Shown here one piece after another: positions 39,280-49,464 of a stretch of DNA of 60,373 nucleotides. The stretch's first letter is position 1; every line of letters begins with the position of its first letter. Made by a program: the position numbers and the translations under genes. Source of the DNA: Candidatus Heimdallarchaeota archaeon. Its GTDB lineage: Archaea > Asgardarchaeota > Heimdallarchaeia > Heimdallarchaeales > Kariarchaeaceae. The notes below the pieces were generated by a model that made no database searches, had not been told where the DNA came from, and was given only the letters and a program-made list of their open reading frames with translations. The DNA is taken from positions 1-60,373 of the forward strand of contig WAKA01000219.1 of the NCBI GenBank assembly GCA_015523565.1, given 5' to 3'.

Positions 39280-39990
39280 ATGGTAACAGCAGGTTACATT
39301 TCTGGTATCGGAACACTGATCGACCTTTTTTTCTCCTTTATTTTTGCCATCCGGCTCTATAAGCCTGCAAAAGAGGATGGTTTCTCCCCTATCTCTTTCA
39401 GGGGTTCATTCTTCTGGTCATATGTATTCTTCTCCTTATTTTTCGCATTCATGAGTCTTAATTTGGTATCTGATGACCCTCTTTTTATTGGACTTTGGGG
39501 ATACACGTTTGGACATATCTTTTTGTACATTGTTTATGCAGTTAATGTATTTGCTCCATTCTCAGTCATAACGGAAAACAAAAAGATTCCTGGTATAATT
39601 AGTGCCATTCTACTTGTGTTAGGAAGTGTGATAACCTATATTAATTGGACTGCTTATGCATCAGGGCAGACCCTCCCCACTTTTGAGAATGGTGTGACCA
39701 TCTGGAATCCTCCTCCAATTGTTGCAGCTTATATTGCTGGTGCTTCTGTATTTGTCTGGGTGATACTCTCATTCTCAGTTTTCATCTACCATTCAATAAA
39801 AACAGAATATGGATGGCTAAAACGCAGGTCTCGGCTGATTGGTTTGGGTTTCCTCACTGTTACCGTTGGTGGCCCGCTTCATGATGTTTCACTTCCTGGA
39901 TTCTACATTCTGATTGCAGATATCGTAACCTCTTTGGGCTTTGTAATCATGTCTCTAGGCATTTTTACATCTCCCCCTAAAGAAAACTAA
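39280..39990 (+). CDS. 7TM membrane protein, sensor-like
   Basis: Seven hydrophobic helices; KRRSRLIGLG precedes TM6. Confidence 0.7.
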   Translation: MVTAGYISGIGTLIDLFFSFIFAIRLYKPAKEDGFSPISFRGSFFWSYVFFSLFFAFMSLNLVSDDPLFIGLWGYTFGHIFLYIVYAVNVFAPFSVITENKKIPGIISAILLVLGSVITYINWTAYASGQTLPTFENGVTIWNPPPIVAAYIAGASVFVWVILSFSVFIYHSIKTEYGWLKRRSRLIGLGFLTVTVGGPLHDVSLPGFYILIADIVTSLGFVIMSLGIFTSPPKEN

Positions 39991-40002
39991 AACATAAAAA
40001 TA

Positions 40003-40683
40003 CTAAAACATCATTGCTTTATCCATACGAATAATTAGCTGTGAAACTCCTTTGTATGTGGCTCTGATAAGTGTCTGCAAGGGATCCATTTTGCTTCCCT
40101 TGGCTTCAGGAAGCATTTCATCAAGTGCCTTAAGTGTTTTTTTCATCATCTCCAATCCTTCTGTATCCAGTTTTTTCTTTTCTATCCATTTAAGAATCTT
40201 CTTCGCGGCTTTTTTCGGAGATATTTTTCCCTCATACACTTGCATAAGAATTGGGAGAATGGGGTCTTTACTTGTCTCAACTGCAATTGTCATGCCCTCT
40301 TGGCTAACAATTTCATCCATTTTCGCTTGAAGTTGTGAAAGTAGGGAAAGATCAATCTCTGTTGTGTTTTCAATAAGCCCAAGTTCATTTTCTACAAGTT
40401 CGTTTATTATATCACAGATTTCACTAACTTTTTGTTTTTGATCTTCTTCTTCTGCAATTACTGCAATATATCCTTTTGAAAATTTTTCAATTTCCAAATA
40501 AGTTCCTTTTTTCTCTGTCAATTCAGCCGCAATTGAATTCAGGTCAAGCCCAAATTCTTCCATCCGGGGCAGAACTGCTGAAAGGAAGGCAGATACAAGA
40601 AAAGGGTCCAAGGTATTTTGGTCATATGTTCGATCTATTAGGTTAAATCCCAAATCATCAAAGACCAATATTTGGTGTATCAT
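40003..40683 (-). CDS. longin/roadblock-like domain protein
   Basis: MIHQILVFDDLGFNL..R.Y..DPFLVSAFLSAV..F pattern typical of Asgard longin-like N-termini. Confidence 0.65.
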   Translation of the reverse strand: MIHQILVFDDLGFNLIDRTYDQNTLDPFLVSAFLSAVLPRMEEFGLDLNSIAAELTEKKGTYLEIEKFSKGYIAVIAEEEDQKQKVSEICDIINELVENELGLIENTTEIDLSLLSQLQAKMDEIVSQEGMTIAVETSKDPILPILMQVYEGKISPKKAAKKILKWIEKKKLDTEGLEMMKKTLKALDEMLPEAKGSKMDPLQTLIRATYKGVSQLIIRMDKAMMF

Positions 40684-40954
40684 CTATTATAAAAAAATTT
40701 CCTTCACCATATTTAAACGTTTACTCCTTTTTCATTTCCTTAGTGGTTGTATTAACACTTTGTGGTTGTGTTAACAGTTGCTTAAATTTAATATCTGTTT
40801 TAATTCATAATACAGGTTCATTGTATTGTCCCCAAAAAAATTACGTTGTATTACTGTTTTTTGGACTGATAACCCCTATATTCAAAATATACAACACCAA
40901 TTGTTCCTTGTCGTGGATGGTGGATTTTCCTTATTTGTTGAATTGATGAATTGA

Positions 40955-42568
40955 TTAACGAAATTGGATGATCGGGTACATCTGCATCATTGCTTTCCCA
41001 TTGATTTTCTCAGGATCGGGTACTTCCATTGGTGCAATTGGCTTACCAACGGGTGGATAGATATCAATCTCCGTGCTTTTTGCCCCAACCTCTTCAGATA
41101 TCTTGACCAACGTGTCATGGAACGGCAAGATTTCATCAATAAGCTTTTTGTCCAATGCTTGTGGTGCTATGAACACTTTTCCTTGTGCGTTTTCCTCAAG
41201 GGTGTCTCTTGGAATCCCCCTATTAGTAGAAACATGCTCCAAAAATATGTCATAGATACTCATGACTTGTTTTTTCATTATTTTCAATTCCTCTTCTGTC
41301 CAAGGTCGTTCGGCTGACATAATGTCCGCATGTTGACCTCTGGTAAAGACATATGGTTTGATTTTTTGCTTTTCCAAAAATTCTTTTCTTATCAACTTGC
41401 CGTTGATAACGCCTATTGATGCTGTAACCGTTGTTCTTTCTGCAAAGATCCGCTTTGTTGACATTGAGATATAGTATCCTCCAGAAGCCGCAACACTATG
41501 GAAATATGCATACAACGGCATTTCTTTCGACAAGAGCCGTAACTCATTCAATATGTTTTCCGAGGCTGTGGCACTCCCCCCTGGGGAATCAACAAAAAGC
41601 ACTGCCGCCTTGTATTTTTTCTTGTTCTTTCTCACCCTGCGTATTGCATTGATGGTTGAAATGTCTGCAACTTGATATTGTTCCTCAAATGGGTTGGGCA
41701 GACCACGATCCTTGCCCTGTCCATCAATAATGTTCCCGACCGCAGGAATGACTGCAATTTGTGATCTCTTCCTGCCAGGTATCAAAATCCTGTTCATGGC
41801 ATCTTGAAATTCGGTTAAGACGGCTTTTTCATCGTCTTTCTTCAACTCATCCAGAAGATGGGCCGAAGAAATGATGGCATCAATCCAGCCCTGCTCAAAT
41901 GCTTCCTGATCCGTCAAGGGAGAGGAATCTATCATTTCCCTTACTTTCCCAATGCTTTGTTTCCTTCCCTTTGCAATGTCTTCAACTAACCCTTCAAATA
42001 CTGAGTCCAGCATCCAGTTGATCATTTCCTTTTGTTCCTCTGGCATCTCGTCATATGCAAAATTGTTCAGGGCTGACTTATATGGGCTGACTTGTATTAT
42101 TTGAGCCTCAAACCCCCATTTCTCAAGGAATCCTTTCAAAAAGGGAACCTCCCCCTTTATTCCTATTGCTGCCAATGTTCCCCCCCTTGTCATGAAAATC
42201 TTGTCTGCAACACTTGCCAGATAATACTCTGCCATGTCATATCCTGAAGAATACACATGGACTTTCTTGCCATGCTTTTGCCACAATGCCAGCAATTGCC
42301 GCAGGAATTCATAGTTTCCAAAACGCCCCAAATCCAGATTGTTCAATTGAACAACAAGGCCCTTGACTCTTCTGTCCTTAACCAGTCGCAATGTTGCCTC
42401 ATATAACCCGAAAAGTGTCATTGATGGTGAAGGGAATATCTTGCCCTCTAAAAACGATTTCTGCTTTGCATACACTGGCAGCTTGCCTGACAATGTCAAA
42501 TGCACATAGCCAATTTTCTTACGAAACACCCTCCGTTTCAGATTGCGTGTCCGCCTGAAAAGCCTCAT
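40955..42568 (-). CDS. sppA: signal peptide peptidase SppA (two-domain S49)
   Basis: YYLASVAD, YKSA, DSPGGS, AASGGYY, TASIGV and G.VF. Confidence 0.93.
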   Translation of the reverse strand: MRLFRRTRNLKRRVFRKKIGYVHLTLSGKLPVYAKQKSFLEGKIFPSPSMTLFGLYEATLRLVKDRRVKGLVVQLNNLDLGRFGNYEFLRQLLALWQKHGKKVHVYSSGYDMAEYYLASVADKIFMTRGGTLAAIGIKGEVPFLKGFLEKWGFEAQIIQVSPYKSALNNFAYDEMPEEQKEMINWMLDSVFEGLVEDIAKGRKQSIGKVREMIDSSPLTDQEAFEQGWIDAIISSAHLLDELKKDDEKAVLTEFQDAMNRILIPGRKRSQIAVIPAVGNIIDGQGKDRGLPNPFEEQYQVADISTINAIRRVRKNKKKYKAAVLFVDSPGGSATASENILNELRLLSKEMPLYAYFHSVAASGGYYISMSTKRIFAERTTVTASIGVINGKLIRKEFLEKQKIKPYVFTRGQHADIMSAERPWTEEELKIMKKQVMSIYDIFLEHVSTNRGIPRDTLEENAQGKVFIAPQALDKKLIDEILPFHDTLVKISEEVGAKSTEIDIYPPVGKPIAPMEVPDPEKINGKAMMQMYPIIQFR

Positions 42569-42649
42569 AAAAAAAATACAAAATCTGTCAAATTTAAAGA
42601 TTAACTATTTGTAATATACAAAATTCTGTTTTTCATTACATGTTCTTAT

Positions 42650-44131
42650 TCAACATTCAATGAAATCTGGAAACTTTGCCATTTTCAACAGCTTGTCAAA
42701 ATCCTTGATCAATTCCTTGATTGCATTCTCCACTATGATCCTTACCTTGTCAAATTGTTTTTTGTCAATTGGATGGGTACCATGCCCAAAAAGAGACTCA
42801 TTTCTTCCTTCCTTTATCTCCTGTGTCTTCTCATAGTATTCGTTAAGTTTCTGAACTTTCTTGTCATCTGGAAGCCCTTTCTTCATGTACTTCATCATTG
42901 AGAAAAGGGTAATCTTGTCTTTTGGGTTATCCACCATCTCCTCATCTAATTTCAATAATTTTCCAAGTTCCTCATTTTTCATTGTTGACGATACATCCTT
43001 GAACTTATTTTTTAGATAATAGAATGGAAGCATTTCAAACAAGCGATATGCCAAGGCAAGCCCTTCCTCCAACTTCCCTTGGTCTTCTCTTCGCAAAATA
43101 TTGGCATACAGGTCAACTATCCTGTATTTGTCTACCATATTTCTCTCTCCCTCCTGCCACGTTTGTTCAAGCTTCTTAAGAAACTCTATATTTTTCTTTA
43201 TTTTCTCCTTGACACAATCCTGCAGTAGATTGAACCCAGAAACTAAAGCTTCTTTTAAGCTATCCGAAATCTGGGGTCGTTTTTCCTTGTCACTGTGCTT
43301 AAATCTATCCCATTCATTATATCCATCCATAACTTCCTTTAAAATCGATAATTGACCCCGTAACATGATTAGCTTGTTCTTTATTACTATATCGACCATG
43401 TCCCTTGCATCTGCAAAATTGTAACGGTTTGCAAGCTCCGCAATTATCCTTATCTGCAAATCTCCAAATTTGTCATAGGGATTGGGAATTAGCTTCAATT
43501 GCTCTGTAAATGGCATCATTGTCATATTCTTCTCGAATCCATGTAGATAAACCATCGGAATTGAATAATAGAATGACACCGCTGCTGCTCCTGCACTCAT
43601 CGCCTTCCGACCGCCCGTAGGATCAAAAGCCAGTTTCTTGTTAGATTCCTTGGCATCCTCAAAAATTTTCTTAGTCACCTCATATATCCTCGATGGGTCT
43701 ACCTCATCGATCTCATAAAACTCAATTTCCACATGATCCCCAAAATGTTCCTTTACCTCAGTGGCTGTTTTCAATGAACCGCTTGTATGGAGAAGGAAGA
43801 CTTTTTTTGGTGATACCAGTAAAATTGAAATTATCAGTGGTTCTTTACGCATTCCTACTGTGAGAATCAGCCAATCCGCTTGTATTATTGTGTTCATGTC
43901 GTTTTGCGGTACGTATTTTTGAATGTTCTTTATATGTTTCAACTCCTGCTTGAACATGGAATTAGATATGTTTCTTAATTGTTTCGTATTCTCTTCTAGA
44001 TGGAATTGCACCATACGATCTATGAACTTGTTATATCCCTTTTCCCTGAAATAATCTAATGCAGGCTTGATCAACAGATTCTTTTCCATTTCTTTTAGAA
44101 CCGATTCTTTATCTTCTGGACTCCCATCCAT
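42650..44131 (-). CDS. CARF-HEPN protein (Csm6/Csx1-like, TIGR02710 type)
   Basis: CARF motifs LTVG...PLI.SI..P and DPTGGRKAMS; HEPN motif RNESLFGHG; strong GAGGAGG RBS before ATG 44131. Confidence 0.85.
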   Translation of the reverse strand: MDGSPEDKESVLKEMEKNLLIKPALDYFREKGYNKFIDRMVQFHLEENTKQLRNISNSMFKQELKHIKNIQKYVPQNDMNTIIQADWLILTVGMRKEPLIISILLVSPKKVFLLHTSGSLKTATEVKEHFGDHVEIEFYEIDEVDPSRIYEVTKKIFEDAKESNKKLAFDPTGGRKAMSAGAAAVSFYYSIPMVYLHGFEKNMTMMPFTEQLKLIPNPYDKFGDLQIRIIAELANRYNFADARDMVDIVIKNKLIMLRGQLSILKEVMDGYNEWDRFKHSDKEKRPQISDSLKEALVSGFNLLQDCVKEKIKKNIEFLKKLEQTWQEGERNMVDKYRIVDLYANILRREDQGKLEEGLALAYRLFEMLPFYYLKNKFKDVSSTMKNEELGKLLKLDEEMVDNPKDKITLFSMMKYMKKGLPDDKKVQKLNEYYEKTQEIKEGRNESLFGHGTHPIDKKQFDKVRIIVENAIKELIKDFDKLLKMAKFPDFIEC

Positions 44132-44471
44132 AAGATTTAATCTCCTCCTCTTTAAAAAATATTGAGGGTTACAATCGAACATTTGCAATATCTTCTTTTC
44201 TAGTATTCCAATCCCTGCAAAAAATTACTTGATTCCCACTCCTCAATTAGTTCTCTTTCTTTCTTCTAAAATTCTACCTTTTTTGATACCGTTTCAAATC
44301 TTATGCCCCTTAATCTCTTGCGTCAAAAAAATCCCCTTATTTATTATTTTCACCATCTTCTTGCGAAAAATTTTTTAACGTCGGGATTTTATTATAGTAT
44401 GCCCCTTGGGGGATGGGAAGGTGCAAGGGATAGCTAACTTTCCAATTCTCTTGAGGGGAGAGGGATGTATT

Positions 44472-45278
44472 ATGAGAAACAAGATAATCATATTCCTGAT
44501 ACTTGCGTCTTTAATGACGATGAATGTCAATGCGGAATGGATTCCTGGAAGATATGAACTTGCTCCTGTAAAGGATACCTATGTGTCCATTGCAGGTGCT
44601 CTTGCAAATCCAACCGCAAACTACGGTGGTGCAGAAACCCTCTATGCTGGCAGCGGTTTTGACGGAATTTCTGTTACTGCAATCATGTTTGATCTTTCCA
44701 CCATTGGAAAACCCTTGTCAAAACTGACTTTCAAAGCGGATGTTACTGTTTATGACTCTTCAACTCGATATCTGCTCGTTGGTGTGGTTCCCAATGTTGA
44801 TTGGAATGAGTATACTGTCACAGGTGTAGACAATCCCTTCAATGCAACTGATTTTGGAACTTCCAGTCCAAACGACGATATTGTCTACACTTCAACCATT
44901 GTCACGGGATCAACAGAAGAGGTCTCTTTCGAGCTCAATGACTTCCTTAATCAAACAGGAACTCTCACGATCCTTTTGGCACAGAATTGGGGTGCGGATG
45001 GTTGGGTCACATTGGATGCAAAGGAGAATAAGTATCTCTCTGGCTTCTCAAATCCACCACATCTTGAATATTCTGTGAAGGAAATAACGTCCACTTCTCA
45101 ATCTGCATCTACTGGTGCAGGTGGCAGTGGTTCTGATAGTGGTTCTGATAGTGACTCTGGCGCAGGGACCATATTGTTCCTTGCCGCAGTGGGTGGAGGT
45201 ATCTACTTCTATAGGAAGAGAAAATCAAAAAAACAACAACCAATCTATAACCCACCAATTAACAATAATATAAGGTAA
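44472..45278 (+). CDS. secreted DNRLRE/CBM96-like protein with C-terminal TM anchor
   Basis: Signal peptide; PVKDTYV..NPTANYG..FDLS; W.E..T; G/S/D linker; TM helix + RKRK. Confidence 0.72.
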   Translation: MRNKIIIFLILASLMTMNVNAEWIPGRYELAPVKDTYVSIAGALANPTANYGGAETLYAGSGFDGISVTAIMFDLSTIGKPLSKLTFKADVTVYDSSTRYLLVGVVPNVDWNEYTVTGVDNPFNATDFGTSSPNDDIVYTSTIVTGSTEEVSFELNDFLNQTGTLTILLAQNWGADGWVTLDAKENKYLSGFSNPPHLEYSVKEITSTSQSASTGAGGSGSDSGSDSDSGAGTILFLAAVGGGIYFYRKRKSKKQQPIYNPPINNNIR

Positions 45279-45488
45279 TACGTAATTCAAGCATTAAATC
45301 ATTGTTGTAATCACTTATTTTTAACAAAAAATTCATTCTAAAATTACATAGCAATCTCTTTATAATTTGATTATTGTTTATGAAACTATATCTTATTTCG
45401 TCTTTTTGTAAATTATTTTCTAAAAAAGCGGGTGTTTGAAATCGGTCAGACATCATTCCTTAAATACTGCGAAATATATTGCTATCTT

Positions 45489-45974
45489 ATGGGAAAGCAT
45501 TTGAAAATTCCCCCTCTATCTTTCAATGACGGCAAACTCAAGGAAATAGATGTGCGAATCGTTGGGTTTAGCCAAAAGTATGAAGATATCCTCATTCGCT
45601 GGGCAATGGGGATTGTCTTTATCTGGTTCGGTATCCTGAAACCACTTGGAATGAGTCCTGCTGAAGAAATAGTTGTCAAAACCAACAATGTTGTGCTTCC
45701 CTTCATTGATCCAAATTTCATGGTTTGGTTCCTTGGCATCTATGAGGTATTGATTGGAATTTTCCTAATCATAAAACGCTTGAACCGTGTCGGGATTTTG
45801 TTGTTGGCTTTCCAAATGCCTGCTACTCTCCTGCCTCTTTTCTTGTTTCCAGATGTAACGTTTACTCAAGTTCCATGGGCATTAACCCTTGAAGGGCAGT
45901 ATATTGTCAAAAACTTAGTTCTAATGGCTTCTGCTATTGTCATCGCAGGAAACGTAAGAAATGATCATCGATGA
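45489..45974 (+). CDS. DoxX-family membrane protein
   Basis: R...GIVFIWFG.LK, G..EVLIG and TLEGQYIVKN. Confidence 0.85.
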   Translation: MGKHLKIPPLSFNDGKLKEIDVRIVGFSQKYEDILIRWAMGIVFIWFGILKPLGMSPAEEIVVKTNNVVLPFIDPNFMVWFLGIYEVLIGIFLIIKRLNRVGILLLAFQMPATLLPLFLFPDVTFTQVPWALTLEGQYIVKNLVLMASAIVIAGNVRNDHR

Positions 45975-45976
45975 AT

Positions 45977-46339
45977 TTATTGCTGTTCATCTTGATTATC
46001 TTGATTTCCCTTTCCTAGTTTGGAAATGCTCTCACCAATTTCTGCGATGCCTTCTCCTAAAATCTTGGATGTTTCCTCCATTCCCTTGACAGTTCCTTTC
46101 AGTGTGCCTTTCATGCCCTCCACAATTGGCTTTGAAAGTTTCTCCATTGGTGTTTTCCCCTCCTCCAATCCTTTCTTTGCTCCTGTTATGGTATCGTCAA
46201 CAACTTTGGCGATTCCTTTCAAAGGTGCTGTGGCTATTTTCGCCATGCCTATGGACATACCTGCAACTGCCTCTGCAACATTTCCTGTTACCTTTTTCTT
46301 CTTTTCATCCTTATCTTCTGTATCCATAGGTAAAAGCAT
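45977..46339 (-). CDS. small Gly/Lys-rich amphipathic helical protein
   Basis: Repeated KG/EG amphipathic helices. Confidence 0.6.
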   Translation of the reverse strand: MLLPMDTEDKDEKKKKVTGNVAEAVAGMSIGMAKIATAPLKGIAKVVDDTITGAKKGLEEGKTPMEKLSKPIVEGMKGTLKGTVKGMEETSKILGEGIAEIGESISKLGKGNQDNQDEQQ

Positions 46340-46642
46340 GCTTTCCCGTTATTAAAACCTTTAGTGAAAAGAATATAATTGGGGATCATTTATTTCCACT
46401 GGGCTGGCAACTTTTCAAGCTTGATGGCATCAATTCATATCTTGTCAATGCGTCTCTTGCCGAGATACGATTTCTTTAAAAAATAAGGAACATTGCTTGG
46501 TTCTGCTTATTCCCGAAATGGAAATTTTCTTTTCTTTCCGATATCTCCCCTTTCAATATCTACACAAACCATTTCCACCAAAAAGCATAACCTACCGAAA
46601 TATTTTTCTGAAGTGAAGTTCTCTAAGAAATTGCAGTAATAA

Positions 46643-46715
46643 AGCCCTGTGGTGTAGTGGTCAATCATAGCGGACTTTGGATCCGTTGACCCCGGTTCAA
46701 ATCCGGGCAGGGCTA
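46643..46715 (+). tRNA. tRNA-Gln(TTG)
   Basis: Acceptor AGCCCTG/CAGGGCT (A1:U72); anticodon arm GCGGA-CTTTGGA-TCCGT; GGTTCAAATCC; followed by a T-tract. Confidence 0.96.
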
Positions 46716-46818
46716 TTTTTTCTTTTTGGCTAATTTTCATTCACTTTTTTTTGAATCCCCTAAAAATTGATTTAATTTGTAAACCTGAAGGCTTATTATT
46801 TTCGAGGTTCATACTTAT

Positions 46819-48309
46819 TTGTTGAAACGCCTATTTCCAATTTTTTTTCTCCTTCCTCGCGCTGTTTCTGCCCATGGAGGCGGTGAACTGGATACTGGAT
46901 CTGAATTCGGGCCAATCTCTTTTGCATTTGTATTTGCAGGAGTTCTGATATTTGTCGCCATTGTTGCTTCGGGTATTTGGTTGATCAAACGGAAGCCAAT
47001 CCCCTTGGAAAACCCCAAGACATACGTGGAAAAATTGAATATGTTCAGCAGGAATGCCCGACTGTATATCCTACATATACAGGGTATGAGCCTAACGTAT
47101 GGTGTTCGAACCATTCTTTATAATATTTACCTGCTTTATGTCTTCCGTGATGGGGTTTCTTTCTTGGGATGGTTTTTTGAACCCGTTTATTTTATTGGTC
47201 TGCTTCTTGCTTTGGGTTCCATGATTACAGGTTTGATGGCTCCATTTAATGGGATCATTGTTGATCGGTTGGGCAAGAAATGGAGCTTCATAATGGGTGA
47301 TTTTATAGGGTCATTGACCATCTTGGCTGTTGTACTTTTCCCTCAGCCTACCGTGGTTGCATTTATGCAGATTTTGCGTTCTGCTGTCATGTCCATTCAC
47401 GGCATTGCCGAAGGTCCTTTCATCTATGAACAATCCACTAAAAAGGAACGGGTACATTTGTTTTCCGTTTCTTCTGGCTTTTCAACCTTGGCGTCAATGT
47501 CGGGCAATCTTACGGGAGGCGTTGTTCCTTTGGGCATTGCCCTTCTCTTGTTTGGTACTCCCATAGTTTCAGGAACCGCCTCAATTCTTGTTCTAAAAGT
47601 TGGACTTTTTGTTTCTGTCCTGCTCTGGTGGCTTAGTCTTGTGCCTGCCTTTCCAATGAAGGTTTCAAGGAAGGAATCGACCCATTCAGTCAAGGCTCGA
47701 TTGTCTTTCAAAAATGTCAGCAATTGGGGGACAATCTGGATCTTTACTTTGAACTCTATTTTCATTGGAACGGGAGCAGGTCTTTTTGTCTCGTATTTCA
47801 GTCTCTTCTTTCTTCTCAAATACAAGGCAGACACTGCAAGCATGGCTGTTATTTTTGCCATTGGGTCATTTTCCGTTGCTGTCGGCAACTTTTTGACCCC
47901 TATCTTGTCGGAAAAATTGGGAAAGGTCAACTACTTGGTTTCAAGCAGATATCTTAGCATAATTTTCATACTGCTCCTCCCCTTGGCTCCTCTGCTTTTC
48001 CTTGCCGCAGTATTCTATGTCCTTAGGATCACCCTGATGGCTGGTAGTTTTCCAACTGAATCTGCCTTGGCAATGGAGGTCGTCAATGATGAGGAACGGA
48101 CAACATTGGAGGCAATGAGGATGGGGGGCTCCTCCGTTTTTTCTGCATTCGGTTTTCTTGCAGGTGGATATTTCCTGTCAATCAATGATTTCTTCACCCC
48201 TTTTGCCATTGCAGGTGCCCTTTACATGCTTGCCACAACCATTTTCTGGCTCTATTTCAGAAAGGAAAAACAGGTCTTGTCCACTCCTGTTCCCACTTCA
48301 ATATTCTAA
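46819..48309 (+). CDS. MFS transporter
   Basis: Motif A in both halves (GIIVDRLGKK and SEKLGK), 12+ TM helices and an N-terminal extension. Confidence 0.9.
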   Translation: MLKRLFPIFFLLPRAVSAHGGGELDTGSEFGPISFAFVFAGVLIFVAIVASGIWLIKRKPIPLENPKTYVEKLNMFSRNARLYILHIQGMSLTYGVRTILYNIYLLYVFRDGVSFLGWFFEPVYFIGLLLALGSMITGLMAPFNGIIVDRLGKKWSFIMGDFIGSLTILAVVLFPQPTVVAFMQILRSAVMSIHGIAEGPFIYEQSTKKERVHLFSVSSGFSTLASMSGNLTGGVVPLGIALLLFGTPIVSGTASILVLKVGLFVSVLLWWLSLVPAFPMKVSRKESTHSVKARLSFKNVSNWGTIWIFTLNSIFIGTGAGLFVSYFSLFFLLKYKADTASMAVIFAIGSFSVAVGNFLTPILSEKLGKVNYLVSSRYLSIIFILLLPLAPLLFLAAVFYVLRITLMAGSFPTESALAMEVVNDEERTTLEAMRMGGSSVFSAFGFLAGGYFLSINDFFTPFAIAGALYMLATTIFWLYFRKEKQVLSTPVPTSIF

Positions 48310-49311
48310 TGCCATGTTTTCCTCTCCCTCAAAAAACTCATGCCTTTGTTCTTGGATATGCTCTTGTCTTTGTCGATAACGATTTCTTATGAACCTTCGT
48401 CTTTCTCTTTGCATGTCTTGCGCTCCAATGGTCAAATGAACTGGTATGCCGTTAAACGCCACCATCCAACCTGTGACATGTTTTCCTGCTCTTACCTCAA
48501 ACGCCTCCTCATCACAGACGGGTATTGTTTTTGAAATAAGGAGCTTTGGTGCATGTGGCTTTGCAGGGATTTCCTCTTTTGGATCAAGCAACATGCTGGC
48601 AGTATCGATAAGGTTTGCATCCAATACACTTTCCCATACTTTTTTCCATAGATCTGTTGAATTGAACAACTCTGCATAAGTCAATTCTCCATTTTCAAAG
48701 ATTGCTATGCCAGTTTGGTTTTTGACTGTAAACGCAGGTAGGATTGCTTCCCTTGCTTTTTCAATCAGGTCTCTTCTTGTGCTACGTATCACTCTTTCCA
48801 CATCTAGAAAGCTTTCTGTAGGTGATTCCATTCTATTGACTCCAAACTCGTCCATTGTCTCCCTGATCGATCTCCAAGTTGTTGATTGCATTTCTGCGCC
48901 CCGCATGGCGTATGATTTTGTTCGTCGTGAAACCATCTTTCTGGAAAGAGTAAATTTTCTTGATCCAGTATAAAACCATCTCCCTTGCTCTACACAATTT
49001 ACAGGTATTTTCACTTTCTTTTCCCCATTGACAATGAATGGTCTTGTAATGGTTCTTGTCTGTTTTCCACCCTCCACAATCAATCCTGAAAGGATCAGCA
49101 ATGGTTGGTCTGACTTGGAAATAAAGTAAATCTCGTTGACAGATTCATTTTCCATTTCTTCAATGGAAACCATGTTGTCGAGCTCATGCACAAGATGCAT
49201 TTGCATCATCGGTTGTGCATGTGGGTTGCAAACAGGCACAAATGTCACATCCTGTACAACCACACTCCTATCCCAATTCAATCCTTCAAGAAGTTCGTTG
49301 GAATGCAACAT
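48298..49311 (-). CDS. ARPP-1/DUF6569 family protein
   Basis: PLLILSG.IVEGGKQTR and IPVNCVEQGRW, followed by Q..W. Confidence 0.75.
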   Translation of the reverse strand: MLHSNELLEGLNWDRSVVVQDVTFVPVCNPHAQPMMQMHLVHELDNMVSIEEMENESVNEIYFISKSDQPLLILSGLIVEGGKQTRTITRPFIVNGEKKVKIPVNCVEQGRWFYTGSRKFTLSRKMVSRRTKSYAMRGAEMQSTTWRSIRETMDEFGVNRMESPTESFLDVERVIRSTRRDLIEKAREAILPAFTVKNQTGIAIFENGELTYAELFNSTDLWKKVWESVLDANLIDTASMLLDPKEEIPAKPHAPKLLISKTIPVCDEEAFEVRAGKHVTGWMVAFNGIPVHLTIGAQDMQRERRRFIRNRYRQRQEHIQEQRHEFFEGEENMALEY

Positions 49312-49464
49312 TGAATAAAAAATATATATCCTCATTGATAAAGTTATCTGTTTTTGAAACTTGTATGGTTGATGGGATTGCATAAAGAGTTTTCCACAAT
49401 TTTTTGTGCTGATTTTCAAGTGAAATGACAAACCTTATGTGTGTAGTCGTAAGTATTAGTGTAG

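Noticed and set aside
29460-44131. Integrated provirus or mobile element at tRNA-Glu
   Set aside because: I saw no integrase, transposase or capsid gene, and no duplicated tRNA end (att site).
45121-45160. GGTTCTGATAGT tandem repeat
   Set aside because: It encodes a Gly/Ser/Asp linker in a surface protein.
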